63,166 bases of DNA, filler included, from Octopus bimaculoides (GCF_001194135.2; 10 parts of 10 records of this genome joined end to end with filler, not necessarily neighbours in it), one strand, 5' to 3'; shown: positions 10,305 to 24,692, counted from the first letter of the whole stretch. Numbers and translations: made by a program. Notes: generated from the sequence alone by a model not told the origin.

Positions 10305-12362
10305 ATGGAGAACGTTGATCGTTTGGACACTTCTAACACAATTGTTTTGAATGATACAGATACAGTTAGAGAGACAGACGGAGATGAGGAAACTGTCAAT
10401 GGTGAAGTATTTACTAAAGAAAGATCGTTACAGGGAAATATCGCTGAATATAGATGTGATGTTTGTAGGAAGACATTCTCTTCTGAACACGAAGTCTTTA
10501 AACACAAAGAAATACACAATAGTGAAAAACCGTATAATTGTGAAATATGTGGAAAATATTTTGTCGCAAACGATGTCTTAACAAAACACAAACGGATACA
10601 CACTGGCGCAAGACTGTTTCATTGTGAGACATGTGGAAAATCGTTTATTAGCAATTCTCANNNNNNNNNNNNNNNNNNNNNNNNNNNNNNNNNNNNNNNN
10701 NNNNNNNNNNNNNNNNNNNNNNNNNNNNNNNNNNNNNNNNNNNNNNNNNNNNNNNNNNNNNNNNNNNNNNNNNNNNNNNNNNNNNNNNNNNNNNNNNNNN
10801 NNNNNNNNNNNNNNNNNNNNNNNNNNNNNNNNNNNNNNNNNNNNNNNNNNNNNNNNNNNNNNNNNNNNNNNNNNNNNNNNNNNNNNNNNNNNNNNNNNNN
10901 NNNNNNNNNNNNNNNNNNNNNNNNNNNNNNNNNNNNNNNNNNNNNNNNNNNNNNNNNNNNNNNNNNNNNNNNNNNNNNNNNNNNNNNNNNNNNNNNNNNN
11001 NNNNNNNNNNNNNNNNNNNNNNNNNNNNNNNNNNNNNNNNNNNNNNNNNNNNNNNNNNNNNNNNNNNNNNNNNNNNNNNNNNNNNNNNNNNNNNNNNNNN
11101 NNNNNNNNNNNNNNNNNNNNNNNNNNNNNNNNNNNNNNNNNNNNNNNNNNNNNNNNNNNNNNNNNNNNNNNNNNNNNNNNNNNNNNNNNNNNNNNNNNNN
11201 NNNNNNNNNNNNNNNNNNNNNNNNNNNNNNNNNNNNNNNNNNNNNNNNNNNNNNNNNNNNNNNNNNNNNNNNNNNNNNNNNNNNNNNNNNNNNNNNNNNN
11301 NNNNNNNNNNNNNNNNNNNNNNNNNNNNNNNNNNNNNNNNNNNNNNNNNNNNNNNNNNNNNNNNNNNNNNNNNNNNNNNNNNNNNNNNNNNNNNNNNNNN
11401 NNNNNNNNNNNNNNNNNNNNNNNNNNNNNNNNNNNNNNNNNNNNNNNNNNNNNNNNNNNNNNNNNNNNNNNNNNNNNNNNNNNNNNNNNNNNNNNNNNNN
11501 NNNNNNNNNNNNNNNNNNNNNNNNNNNNNNNNNNNNNNNNNNNNNNNNNNNTCGTCACAAACTTAGTCATACTGGAGAAAATATTTATCGCTTTGAAATA
11601 GATGGAAAATCATTTGCTGATAAACCATGTCTTGTTAAACACCAGCATGGTCACACTGGAAAAAATCCCTATCATTGTGAAGTATGTGAGAAATCATTCT
11701 CCGACAATTCTCTTCTTGTTCTTCACAAACAAAGTCACACTGGAGAGAAACCTTTCCATCATGAAATATTTGGAAAACCATTCGTTGATAACAGCGCCTT
11801 AAATGCAAACAAATTAAATGACTCTGGACGAAAACTGCTTCACTGTGAAATATGTGGGAAATGTTTCACTCAAAATTCGACTCTTGTCATACATAAACAG
11901 AGTCACACCGGTGAAAAACCTTATCGTTGTGAAATATGTGGGGCATTGTTTGCCTATAATAGTAACTTAAAAATGCACAAAAGAATACACACAGGAGAGA
12001 AACCATTTGGCTGTGAAATATGTGGGAAATCTTTTGCTTGTAGCAGTGGCCTAACGAGGCATAAAAGAATGCATAATGGAGAGAAACCTTTCCATTGTGA
12101 AATATGTGGAAAATCTTTTTCTCAGAATTTTCGTGTTGTAATTCACAAACGTCGTCACACTGGAGAGAAGCCTTATCCTTGTGAAATATGTGGGACATCG
12201 TTTGTGTCCAACAGTGACTTAACAGTTCACAGAAGAATACATACAGGAGAGAAACCATTTGGCTGTGAAATATGTGGGAAATCTTTTGTATCCAGCAGTA
12301 ACTTAACACAACACAAAAGGATTCACAGAGGAAGGAAACCTTTTAATTCTAGAATAAGATAA
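10305..12362 (+). CDS. Multi-C2H2 zinc-finger protein, paralogue 1 (891-N gap inside)
   Basis: The first ATG in the ORF is at 10305 (the track starts at a TTG, 10242). Acidic leader, then CxxC-x12-HxxxH fingers with TGEKP linkers. Two fingers after the gap are degenerate (YRFEIDGK, FHHEIFGK…ANKLND). No KRAB, SCAN or BTB domain is visible. Confidence 0.85.
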   Translation: MENVDRLDTSNTIVLNDTDTVRETDGDEETVNGEVFTKERSLQGNIAEYRCDVCRKTFSSEHEVFKHKEIHNSEKPYNCEICGKYFVANDVLTKHKRIHTGARLFHCETCGKSFISNSXXXXXXXXXXXXXXXXXXXXXXXXXXXXXXXXXXXXXXXXXXXXXXXXXXXXXXXXXXXXXXXXXXXXXXXXXXXXXXXXXXXXXXXXXXXXXXXXXXXXXXXXXXXXXXXXXXXXXXXXXXXXXXXXXXXXXXXXXXXXXXXXXXXXXXXXXXXXXXXXXXXXXXXXXXXXXXXXXXXXXXXXXXXXXXXXXXXXXXXXXXXXXXXXXXXXXXXXXXXXXXXXXXXXXXXXXXXXXXXXXXXXXXXXXXXXXXXXXXXXXXXXXXXXXXXXXXXXXXXXXXXXXXXXXXXXXXXXXXRHKLSHTGENIYRFEIDGKSFADKPCLVKHQHGHTGKNPYHCEVCEKSFSDNSLLVLHKQSHTGEKPFHHEIFGKPFVDNSALNANKLNDSGRKLLHCEICGKCFTQNSTLVIHKQSHTGEKPYRCEICGALFAYNSNLKMHKRIHTGEKPFGCEICGKSFACSSGLTRHKRMHNGEKPFHCEICGKSFSQNFRVVIHKRRHTGEKPYPCEICGTSFVSNSDLTVHRRIHTGEKPFGCEICGKSFVSSSNLTQHKRIHRGRKPFNSRIR

Positions 12363-13082
12363 ATCCTTTGTGGAGAACATTCTAACTTGGGGAAAAATGA
12401 TGGAAATCATTCTCATTTCTCATCATTTCTTATCTTCGAATCTTGTTGTTCGCCTGAATGAAAAACCCCAAATTATTGAATGATGAAATCATAAATGAGC
12501 ATGCAGAGAAATAACTAGTCAAACAAAAATGGTGGCAGATTAAATTTAGGGTGCCTTGACTGTAACTAACCATGTTTACTGGACTGTGTCGGCCTTAATT
12601 TCTGGTGCAACTATGCTGTCACGTGATGCTAATGCATGGATGTAGTGGGAAATATACAAAAGGTTCTAAACTTAATCACGTTTGACAGAAAACTTTCAGA
12701 GCATTGATTGTTTGGTACTGCCACTAGACATGTTCATTCAACTGTGTTGGCTTTAACCTACAACACCAAACATTGTCTCTTGACACTAACACACGGACGT
12801 AGCAGGAAACCTACAAAAAGCATTTCTAAGACCAGTCCTACCCAAAACAGATACTATTTTGAGCCATGAACTCCCTATAAAAATAGGACAAGCTTCAAAC
12901 ACTCTTCACAAGCAAGACAGCTGCAGCATGACCCATGTCTTTCTATCTTAACTTTTGAAAATCCGTGTAAAATGTGAAACTGGATAAATCTTTAATTACA
13001 ATAAAAAAATTTAAACTATTCTCTCTGCATTATTATTTTTATTATTATTATTAATAGTAGTAGTAGTATCATTATTGTTATT

Positions 13083-13640
13083 AAGGTGGTGAGCTGGCAG
13101 AATTGTTAGCATGCCAGATGAAATTCTTGGCGTTCTGAGTTCAAATTCCACCAGAGTCGACTTTGTTTTTCATCCTTTCGGGGGTCTACAAATTAAGTAA
13201 CAATTGTGTATTGGGGTTGATCTAATTGACTATTGCCCTATCCCAAATTCCAGGCCTTGTGCCTATAATAGAAAGGGTTATTATTATTATTATTATTATC
13301 ATCATCCAGCTGTAGAAACTCTGCCAAATTAGATTGGAGCCTGGTGTTGCCATCCGGTTTCACCAGTCCTCAGTCAAATCGTCCAACCCATGCTAGCATG
13401 GAAAGCGAACGTTAAACGATGATGATCATCATCATTGTTAAGGCAGCGAGCTGCCAGAGTTGTTAGCACACCAGGTGAAATACTTAGAAGTATTTCATTC
13501 TGAGTTCAAATCTCGTCGACGTTGACTTTGCCTTTCGTCGTTTCGGGGTCAATGAATTCAGTACCAATGGAATACTGTGGCTGATATAATTGACTTCCCC
13601 CCCCCCTGAACTTGATGACCTTGTGCTAAAATTATTATTA
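13083..13640 (+). mobile_element. Two SINE family C copies flanking an RTE tail (13306-13427)
   Basis: ggtgagctggcagaattgttagc...gttctgagttcaaattcc...gactttg...tcgggg...ggccttgtgc followed by (ATT)n, occurring twice. Confidence 0.8.
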
Positions 13641-14155
13641 TTATTGATGTTAAACACTCCAGGAAACCTATGTGGTTAAAGGTAATATATTTAGAATAAT
13701 CTAACTGAATATATCTCTAAATTCTCATCATATAAGAATTATTACTGGATTTATATATGAATCATTGAGTAACCTATTTTGAATACCTAACTATGAGCAA
13801 ACCGGTAAACGTTTGCAGAAATCCATTACTGATTATCAATATATATATTTTTATCTTGTGCTGTTAAATGTTTTCTTTCTTTAAATTCTTCCTGTTTTCC
13901 TCGCATACTGTTTTTCTCTGTTATCTTGGTGCACTACGGTGGATTAATTTAAGAATTTAGCTCTTATTTCTAGCAGGTAGATGCTTATTAAGCATCATTA
14001 CGCTTCATGCAAATTTATAATTCATAGCTGTTTAATGCTATTATAACTGCGTTCCACCCATGCCACTACTGGTGATATCATCAATTTTAAAATTTATCCA
14101 CAGATGATATGAACAGTAGTGACATCTAACTTCAAATCTCAATGTTTGAATGTTT

Positions 14156-14202
<47 letters not shown>

Positions 14203-15222
14203 TACANNNNNNNNNNNNNNNNNNNNNNNNNNNNNNNNNNNNNNNNNNNNNNNNNNNNNNNNNNNNNNNNNNNNNNNNNNNNNNNNNNNNNNNNNNNNNN
14301 NNNNNNNNNNNNNNNNNNNNNNNNNNNNNNNNNNNNNNNNNNNNNNNNNNNNNNNNNNNNNNNNNNNNNNNNNNNNNNNNNNNNNNNNNNNNNNNNNNNN
14401 NNNNNNNNNNNNNNNNNNNNNNNNNNNNNNNNNNNNNNNNNNNNNNNNNNNNNNNNNNNNNNNNNNNNNNNNNNNNNNNNNNNNNNNNNNNNNNNNNNNN
14501 NNNNNNNNNNNNNNNNNNNNNNNNNNNNNNNNNNNNNNNNNNNNNNNNNNNNNNNNNNNNNNNNNNNNNNNNNNNNNNNNNNNNNNNNNNNNNNNNNNNN
14601 NNNNNNNNNNNNNNNNNNNNNNNNNNNNNNNNNNNNNNNNNNNNNNNNNNNNNNNNNNNNNNNNNNNNNNNNNNNNNNNNNNNNNNNNNNNNNNNNNNNN
14701 NNNNNNNNNNNNNNNNNNNNNNNNNNNNNNNNNNNNNNNNNNNNNNNNNNNNNNNNNNNNNNNNNNNNNNNNNNNNNNNNNNNNNNNNNNNNNNNNNNNN
14801 NNNNNNNNNNNNNNNNNNNNNNNNNNNNNNNNNNNNNNNNNNNNNNNNNNNNNNNNNNNNNNNNNNNNNNNNNNNNNNNNNNNNNNNNNNNNNNNNNNNN
14901 NNNNNNNNNNNNNNNNNNNNNNNNNNNNNNNNNNNNNNNNNNNNNNNNNNNNNNNNNNNNNNNNNNNNNNNNNNNNNNNNNNNNNNNNNNNNNNNTGTAG
15001 CGTGTTATAGAATGGGTGATGAAAAGTTTCTGGATTTGGCAAAGGAAAATACAAGTTGATCAGGTAATTAGGATTTTATTGAACATGTCCCCATCTCACA
15101 TTCATTCAGTGCAGTGGTCATCCAGTTTTCTAAGGCCTTTGGCGACAACCTTTAAAGCCAGGAGCACCCCTCGTATACATTAATACTATATATGAAGCGT
15201 GGTAATTACCAGTTGAAAACTA

Positions 15223-15349
15223 CAGGGTGTCCACAAAGTCTGGGTACATGGGGATTAACACGTACTTTAAGAAATTATTATTTCTTATATTTAATTGTTT
15301 ATGTTATGATTTTATTTACTCCATGTACCCAGACCTTGTGGACACCCTG
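15223..15349. mobile_element. 127-bp Tc1/mariner-type MITE
   Basis: TA|CAGGGTGTCCACAAAGTCTGGGTACATGG … CCATGTACCCAGACCTTGTGGACACCCTG|TA: 29-bp TIR with one mismatch, and a TA target duplication. Confidence 0.9.
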
Positions 15350-15747
15350 TATATGGTAACCAAACTTCTATTTTTGAGTGGGGATTTTTCATGTTTGTCA
15401 CCGAATGTCTTTTAAGCGCGGCGAAAAGTGTTATCGATATTGTCCCCTATGTTTTTGTGATTCTAATCATTTGAGCTGACTTTAATTATGCTATATGTAG
15501 TAATTATCTCATGTCAACGTGAACGTAACTATTTATGGATAAGAGATGGTGACGAACATGTTTAATGGCCGGTTTTCCATCACGTTCATGGTAAATATTT
15601 CATTTGATCACAGCTTTACGTCGTTAATTGGTTGTTCCCTTTTTAACAGGACAGGGGAAATGGCTTTTAATCAACAACAAATCAATCAACGAACTTTCCT
15701 TATCCTTCCTCGCTTTTCATTTGGACTTTATAGCAAACATTCTACTT

Positions 15748-15872
15748 GTGAGTAGAAAATATATCTACATTACACATGTAATCTTCCACACATGTAAACA
15801 GAGGATTGTGATATCTAAGACAACAAGTTGAACCACAATAGATTAACTCACAGACGTTTATCAGTTTTTAAG
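15748..15872 (+). other. Putative 125-nt intron upstream of the ZNF gene 2 coding exon
   Basis: gtgagt donor and tttttaag acceptor; homologous to 10162-10286. Confidence 0.5.
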
Positions 15873-15890
15873 AATTGCTCAAGAAATAAT

Positions 15891-17619
15891 ATGGAGAACG
15901 TTGATCGTTTGGACACTTCTAACACAATTGTTTTGAATGATACAGATACAGTTAGAGAGACAGACGGAGATGAGGAAACTGTCAATGGTGAAGTATTTAC
16001 TAAAGAAAGATCGTTACAGGGAAATATCGCTGAATATAGATGTGATGTTTGTAGGAAGACATTCTCTTCTGAACACGAAGTCTTTAAACACAAAGAAGTA
16101 CACAATAGGGAAAAATCGTATAATTGTAAAATATGTGGAAAATATTTTGTCTCAAACGATGTCTTAACAAAACACAAACGGATACACACTGGCGCAAGAC
16201 TGTTTCATTGTGAGATATGTGGAAAATCATTTATCTGCAAAAGTGTACTAACGATTCACAAAAGAATCCACACTGGAGAGAAACCGTTCAGTTGTGAAAT
16301 ATGTCAGAAAAATTTTCTCTCTAGCAGTAATTTAAACAAACATAAAAGGATACATAGCGGAGAGAAACCCTTCAGTTGTGAGATATGTGGGAAATCTTTT
16401 ATTACCAATTCTGAACTTGCAGTACATACACGTCGTCACACTGGGGAAAAACCATTCAAGTGTGAAATATGTCCGAAATCATTTGTTTGTAAAAGTGGGC
16501 TAACATTTCACAAAAGAATCCATTCTGGAGAAAGACTATTTCATTGTGAAATATGTGGGAAATCGTTTATAAACAATCCTGACCTTGCGGTACACACGCG
16601 TAGTCACACTGGGGAAAAACCATTCAAGTGTGAAATATGTGGTAAATCATTTGCTTCGAAAAGTGTACTAACAACCCACAAAAAAATCCACACTGGAGAG
16701 AAACCGTTTAGTTGTGGGATATGTGGGAAATTATTTACTACTAATTCTCATTTTGCAGTACATATTCTTTGTCACACTGGCGAAAAACCATTCAAGTGTG
16801 AAATATGTGGTAAATCATTTGCTTCGAAAAGTATACTAACAACCCACAAAAAAATCCACGTTGGAGAGAAACCCTTCAGTTGTGGGATATGTGGGAAATT
16901 ATTTACTACTAATTCTCATCTTGCAGTACACACGCGTAGTCACACAGGGGAAAAACTATTCAAGTGTGAAATATGTACAAAATCATTTGCCTCTAAAAGT
17001 GTACTAAAAATTCACAAAAGAATCCATACTGGAGAGAAACCCTTCAGCTGTGAAATATGTGGGAAATCGTTTACTACTAATTCTCATCTTGTAGTACATA
17101 CTCTTTGTCACACAGGGGAAAAACCATTCAAGTGCGAAATATGTACGAAATCATTTGTTTCTAAAAGTCGGCTATCTTTTCACAAAAGAATCCATTCTGG
17201 AGAATGGCTATTTCATTGTGAAATATGTGGGAAATCGTTTATTAGCAATTCTCACCTTGCAGTACACACACGTAGTCACACTGGGGAAAAACCATTCAAG
17301 TGTGAAATATGTGCGAAATTATTTGTCTCTAAAAGTGGACTTGCAGTTCACAAAAGAATCCACACTGGAGAGAAACCATTTAGTTGTGAAATATGTGGGA
17401 AATCTTTTACAACTAATTCTCATCTTACCGTACACACACATAGTCACACTGGAGAAAAACCATTCAAGTGTGAAATATGTATAAAATCATTTGTTTCTAA
17501 AAGTGTACTAACAATTCACAAAAGAATCCATACTGGAGAGAAACCTTTCAGTTGTGAAATATGTGGGAAATCGTTTACTACTAATTCTCATCTTGCAGTG
17601 CATACTCTTTGTCACACAG

Positions 17620-17639
<20 letters not shown>
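15891..17639 (+). CDS. Multi-C2H2 zinc-finger protein, paralogue 2 (19 fingers before a frameshift)
   Basis: Leader identical to paralogue 1, then 19 complete fingers counted from the translation. The ORF ends after a 2-nt loss in cacacagg[gg]aaaaacc. Confidence 0.8.
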
Positions 17640-19830
<2,191 letters not shown>

Positions 19831-20125
19831 ATTTATCACTTATTTTTAATTAAAACTACAGGGAATTTTAAATAAAAATATATTGTTTACATTCATTAGA
19901 CTATCGTAAAAGAAACAATATTCTTCAATAGTGAAATCATAAACAAGCAAGAACATTCCATCTAAAAAGCCAACTATCCTTTTCTTTGTGTCAATACTTA
20001 AGATCCAGCAAAAAATGAAATCACTNNNNNNNNNNNNNNNNNNNNNNNNNNNNNNNNNNNNNNNNNNNNTTAATTAATTAANNNNNNNNNNNNNNNNNNN
20101 NNNNNNNNNNNNNNNNNNNNNNNNN

Positions 20126-20176
<51 letters not shown>

Positions 20177-20479
20177 ATATGTTTGTGTGTCTGTGTTTGT
20201 CCCCAAAAGAAACAAGAATTACGGTAAGATTAAGAATACATTGGTTAGTAGAACTTAACAACACTGTTACATACCTGCTCTTCAATAGCTTGATAAAAGA
20301 AATTTATTTGCATAGAATTGTTTCAATGTTATCATTATTACTATCATTACAATTATTATGAAAAAAGATATCATCAGAGAAGTGATGCATACCCTGAATG
20401 CACACAAGGATAAAATAGAATTTAATTTAATAAACATATTCTCAGATGTATTCATATTTCAACAAAATGACCTCAAGAG

Positions 20480-20730
20480 TTACTTCTCCTGCTTATCGTT
20501 TATACACATGTAACAAAGAAAATAGACATTTTGATTCACCTGTTCACCAGTTTTGAAGATAATCAAACCAAAATTTAATGAGTTTGAGCCACTCACGCAA
20601 TGAGTATCTCTACCAAATTTGGTGAAAATCTGTTGAGCCATTTTTCAGTAATTTTGCAAACACACAAACAAAAAGACAAAGATGAGCGACCTACAATACC
20701 CTGCTTTTGCTTATGTGCACAGGGTAATAT
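20480..20730 (+). mobile_element. HINE/DINE-1-like (Helentron-associated) non-autonomous element
   Basis: aaatttggtgaaaatctgttgagccattttt…acacacaaacaaaaagac…caataccctgc…gcacagggtaat layout. Similar architecture at 24100-24447 and 44500-44690. Confidence 0.4.
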
Positions 20731-20769
20731 TATTGATAGTAAATATAATTGTAATGACAATAATAATGG

Positions 20770-21202
20770 TGCATTGGCAAAATTATTAGCACATAAGACA
20801 AAATGTTTAGTGGAATTTCTTCTAGAACTTAATGTTCTGAGTTCAAATTCTACTAAGGTTGACTTTGTTTTTCATTCTTTCAAGGTTTACATAAAATAAA
20901 GTACCAGTTGAGCACTGGGGGTTGATGTAATCCACTAATCTTCTACCCCAAAATGTTAGGCCTTGTGTCTATAGTGGAAAGGGGTTACTTAAAAAGGGTC
21001 ATGAGACAAGCATTAACACGCCAAATAAAATGCCTAGTTGCATCTCTTCTAGCTTGACATTCTGAGTTCAAATTCCATCCAGGCTAACTTTGCCTTTCAG
21101 CCTGTTGGGATTGATAAAATAAGCACCAGTTGAGCACTGGGATTGATTAATTGACTTACCCTATCCCCCAAAATTCCAGGCACTGCGCCTGTAGTAGAAA
21201 GG

Positions 21203-21234
<32 letters not shown>

Positions 21235-21350
21235 GGCAGTGAGCTGGCAAGATCATTAGCATGCCAGGCAAAATACTCAGTGGCATTTCATCCAAGGTTG
21301 ACTTTGCTTTCTTCCTTCCAGGGTCGATAAAAAAAGTACCAGTTGAATCC
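20770..21350 (+). mobile_element. Three head-to-tail SINE family C copies
   Basis: gttctgagttcaaattc…gactttg…aagtaccagttgagcactggg…ggccttgtg…agtagaaagg repeated at ~20770, ~20995 and ~21234 (the last is truncated). Confidence 0.8.
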
Positions 21351-21369
21351 TGATATTATTATTATTATT

Positions 21370-21457
21370 ATTATTATTCAGGTCACTGCCTGGAATCGAA
21401 CTCGGAATCTCGGGGTTAGTAGCCCGTGTTCTTAACCACTATGCCATATGCCCGTGA

Positions 21458-21489
<32 letters not shown>

Positions 21490-21680
21490 TTAATAATAAT
21501 AACAACAACAACAACATCGAAAAATACCTTAGAAATGAGAACCCTTGTTCGAAATTTCCCCAAGACACCTGATGAAGGCTGGAGGATATTTCAGCCAAAA
21601 CGTTGTGTTAATAACAAACAAAATGAGGACAAATATCCGTCAAATGTAAATAATGTAAATAATTCCTCATCTCTCAAATA
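21370..21680. mobile_element. tRNA-like head (-) inside an inverted repeat, joined to a Penelope-type terminal sequence (+)
   Basis: (att)n-ttcaggtcac…gtgacctgaa-(taa)n inverted arms enclose a minus-strand A box (tggcatagtgg) and B box (gagttcgattcc). A hammerhead-like motif follows at 21564. Confidence 0.55.
21564..21609 (+). ncRNA. Minimal type I hammerhead ribozyme motif, degenerate (G12>A)
   Basis: gacac-CTGATGA-a-ggctg[gaggatattt]cagcc-AAAA-c-gt-t-gtgtt. Stem I gacac/gtgtt, stem II ggctg/cagcc, palindromic aacgtt stem III; GAAA is mutated to AAAA. Confidence 0.6.
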
Positions 21681-22452
21681 TAGAACTGTAAAAGAAAATA
21701 TATCCAGTAATATAATCAGGTAGACTTAGATAGCTATGTCCACTCCTCATCAAAGGAGTCTTATTCTTTCTGGTCCCAAGAAAATTGCCCTTATCATTAA
21801 TAGTTTAAGAAATGGGGAGAAGGCAATACAAGGGTCCCATTCTGGGGATGACCTGCAAAGGCCAGGAATTCTACTCCTAGACCCATTCCTTCTATCATAT
21901 GCAAAGATAAAAAAAGCTTAAATGTGAAGATGTGACACCTACCTTGTGGTCACCCATACAGGTATTATGGCCTATGACATCATAGTCAAGTCGATGTTCG
22001 TCATTCTAGCAGAGATAAAGAAAGACCTTAGATGAAGTTAGGGACATGAGAGGGACTTTTGCTTTATTTATGTATTTATTTGTAATGGAAGGAAGGGACA
22101 GAAATGGTGACCATTGCAGGCCCAACAAGAATGGTGCTCAGCTGAAGAGTTTGATGTAGTTAATGTTTATCCTGAAATTTATACGTCAATGGCTTAGGAG
22201 GGAATCAGTTCCAAGGAGCTGGAAGTTTGGAGAAGATGAATTTTGTGTTGTTGCTGTTTAACTCCAGGTCAACTCTGACTGAGAAAACCTGTGATCAAAT
22301 CATTCCAGTCTCTGCTCTGTTTTTTTATTCAGACAACATTAACCAATGTGTCCAACTGATTTTAAAGACAATACGATGTAAGGAATTTGGCTGCCATTTC
22401 TAGAAGGTCAAGTATACTTACGCAAAGACATACATATGTGCATAATGTGTGA

Positions 22453-22486
<34 letters not shown>

Positions 22487-22777
22487 CAAATAGTAACTCA
22501 CTTTACAAAATGTATTGAGTGCATTTTGTCATGAAATCTGCATGAGAAATCTTCAGAATAAGAACTCCCATCAAGCATGTGTTTCGGCTGGTTCCTGACA
22601 CTCTATGGGAGCTGGGTCCACCTGTGCCATGTGTCCAAGGTGTCCTCCTGCTGTTTTAAAAATACTGCTTTTATTAGGTCTTGAACCTGGGACCTTTGGG
22701 TGATTTTAATTCCTTGAACTGTGGTGTATACCACACAGCCATGAAGACCACCGAAAGAACTTACAATGTGAATGTAT

Positions 22778-22925
22778 TTAACTCCTTTACATTCAGATTA
22801 CTCTGTCAAAAGTAATGCTTATTTATTCACACTGGTTTGAATTAATCATGATGTAACTGTCTCTTCTTAGAATGGCCTTGTAGGATAAATGTGAGAAGCT
22901 GGATCTGGGCAGGTTGAACAGAAAA
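22778..22925. mobile_element. TTAA MITE family, partial copy
   Basis: tttaactcctttacattcagattactctgtcaaaagtaatgcttatttattcac…. Confidence 0.65.
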
Positions 22926-23310
22926 GAGACTGAATGGTTGGGTCAAATATGGCGAGTAAAATACTAAAGGGTCAATTCAGTGAATCTATTCGAATCTGTA
23001 ATTAAATACCTTAGAGTTTTATTACTGAATATAACAGAAACCAACATCTTGAAGAATTGTAAAGTATTTAGTTACTAAGAAATATGCATTTGTATGTGTG
23101 CGTGTGTATTTGTGAGGGCAGGTGTAAAGAAAGATCTATTTACATAGACAATTATATCCTTTGCTCTGTGGTTAAATAAGACACGGTCACACCAAGAGGG
23201 ACATCTCGTCTTCATATATGACAGCCCATCGTTTGTGTCTTCACTAAATGGATAACTGAAAGAACAAGGTTAGACAGAGATGTCACAGGAATGTATACAG
23301 CTACATATCT

Positions 23311-23350
<40 letters not shown>

Positions 23351-23355
23351 AAGAT

Positions 23356-23583
23356 AACAGAAAATGGAGAGGTACTGATTAACAACAATTGACTAACATC
23401 AATTATTATTTATTAATTCAGTGCAAATAGACTGCATCCCATCTAACAGCTGTTTCTGCTTCCAATGTTATATGGCATTGCCATTGATATTCAATTGTGA
23501 ATATCAATGATAATACAATATCACATAACCTTGGAATACAATATCATATAACCTTGTTAATCAGTACTTCTCCATTTCCTGTT
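23356..23583. repeat. 30-bp inverted repeat pair, 168-bp spacer
   Basis: aacagaaaatggagaggtactgattaacaa versus the reverse complement aacaggaaatggagaagtactgattaacaa (2 mismatches). Confidence 0.7.
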
Positions 23584-23755
23584 TTCTTTAAATTTTGATT
23601 CTTGATAAATCCATGTTTATCCTTGTCTTTACCTATTACTTATGGACATAATACGTTTGCATATGTATGTCCATAGTTAAATATAGGTAATATACCGGTA
23701 GTGTAATGGATACTTCTATCCCTTAGACAGTTATTGTAACCTCTAACTCATCTAA

Positions 23756-23790
<35 letters not shown>

Positions 23791-24099
23791 TGCGTGTGTG
23801 TGTACAGAAAATGTACAGCTCTTGTATAGTAGATATAAGTGATTATAGTAGTTACATCTAATATACAAAATAATGTGTAGCTATGTTATAAAAGTTATTA
23901 GTGATGATAAAAAATTAACATTAGTAGTGGACAACTTTGTGGTGACGTTGTTGTGTACACTGTTGTAGAAATTAATGTAGTGGTGAAAATATAGTGGTCA
24001 GTGTTGCAGTATATAGTGATATGGTCATATAATGTTGTAGCTAGGTCAAAGAGTTCAATGATAAAATTGAACCTAAAGAAAATACGAGCACTCAGAGAG

Positions 24100-24447
24100 T
24101 GCAAACTTCTGCCAAGGCAACACCAACGTCCTCTCAACGATTAGCTGGAGGTGATTTTTAAAATGAGAATATCTGAAATAAACTCAACTGCTCTCACAAA
24201 TGAGAATACTAAAAGTGAACCCGACCGCTATCAAAAATTAAGTAAAAAACAAAAAAAAAAGAACGAAAAATTATCCAGAATCTTTGTCTAATACTGGATC
24301 GATCCCAAAATCTAATCAGTTCGTGCCAGTCATGAGGCCAAACAACCTTGAGAGTTTCATCCAAATCCATCCAGCAGTTCTTTAGATATCTTCTCCACAG
24401 ACAAACAAACATGATTGAAAACAATACCTTTTCTAAGGTGGAGGTAA
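24100..24447 (+). mobile_element. HINE/DINE-1-like element
   Basis: aaaatctaatcagttc…gtttcatccaaatccatccagcagttc…acagacaaacaaac…gaaaacaatacct…ggaggtaat. Confidence 0.45.
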
Positions 24448-24692
24448 TGATGCGACACTTCTATAGCTTCATAAATAATTGAAAAATCTCATTTAAATGG
24501 TGTATGTGTGTGGGTGTAACATTTCAAGAAATAATTACTCGATAATTAATTAGTGTAAAGACTCACTGACCTTGGTGGGAAACTAATTTCAAATTCTGAT
24601 ATTTGGTCTTTGAATGCATTTAACTCTGTATCATACTGTTGCAACTGGAAAAGATATATAAACGTGCAGATATGAATATTTATGACACACAC

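Noticed and set aside
21380-21455. tRNA gene (ACT at the anticodon position) on the minus strand
   Set aside because: The acceptor stem does not close (GGGCATA has no 3' partner) and it sits in a repeat context; a tRNA-derived element, not a tRNA. The same applies to the SINE heads at 6926, 24948 and 40482.
21720-22260. Possible L1/Tx1 endonuclease relic (VNVYPE…KELEV)
   Set aside because: Only short motif echoes; cannot be supported without a search.
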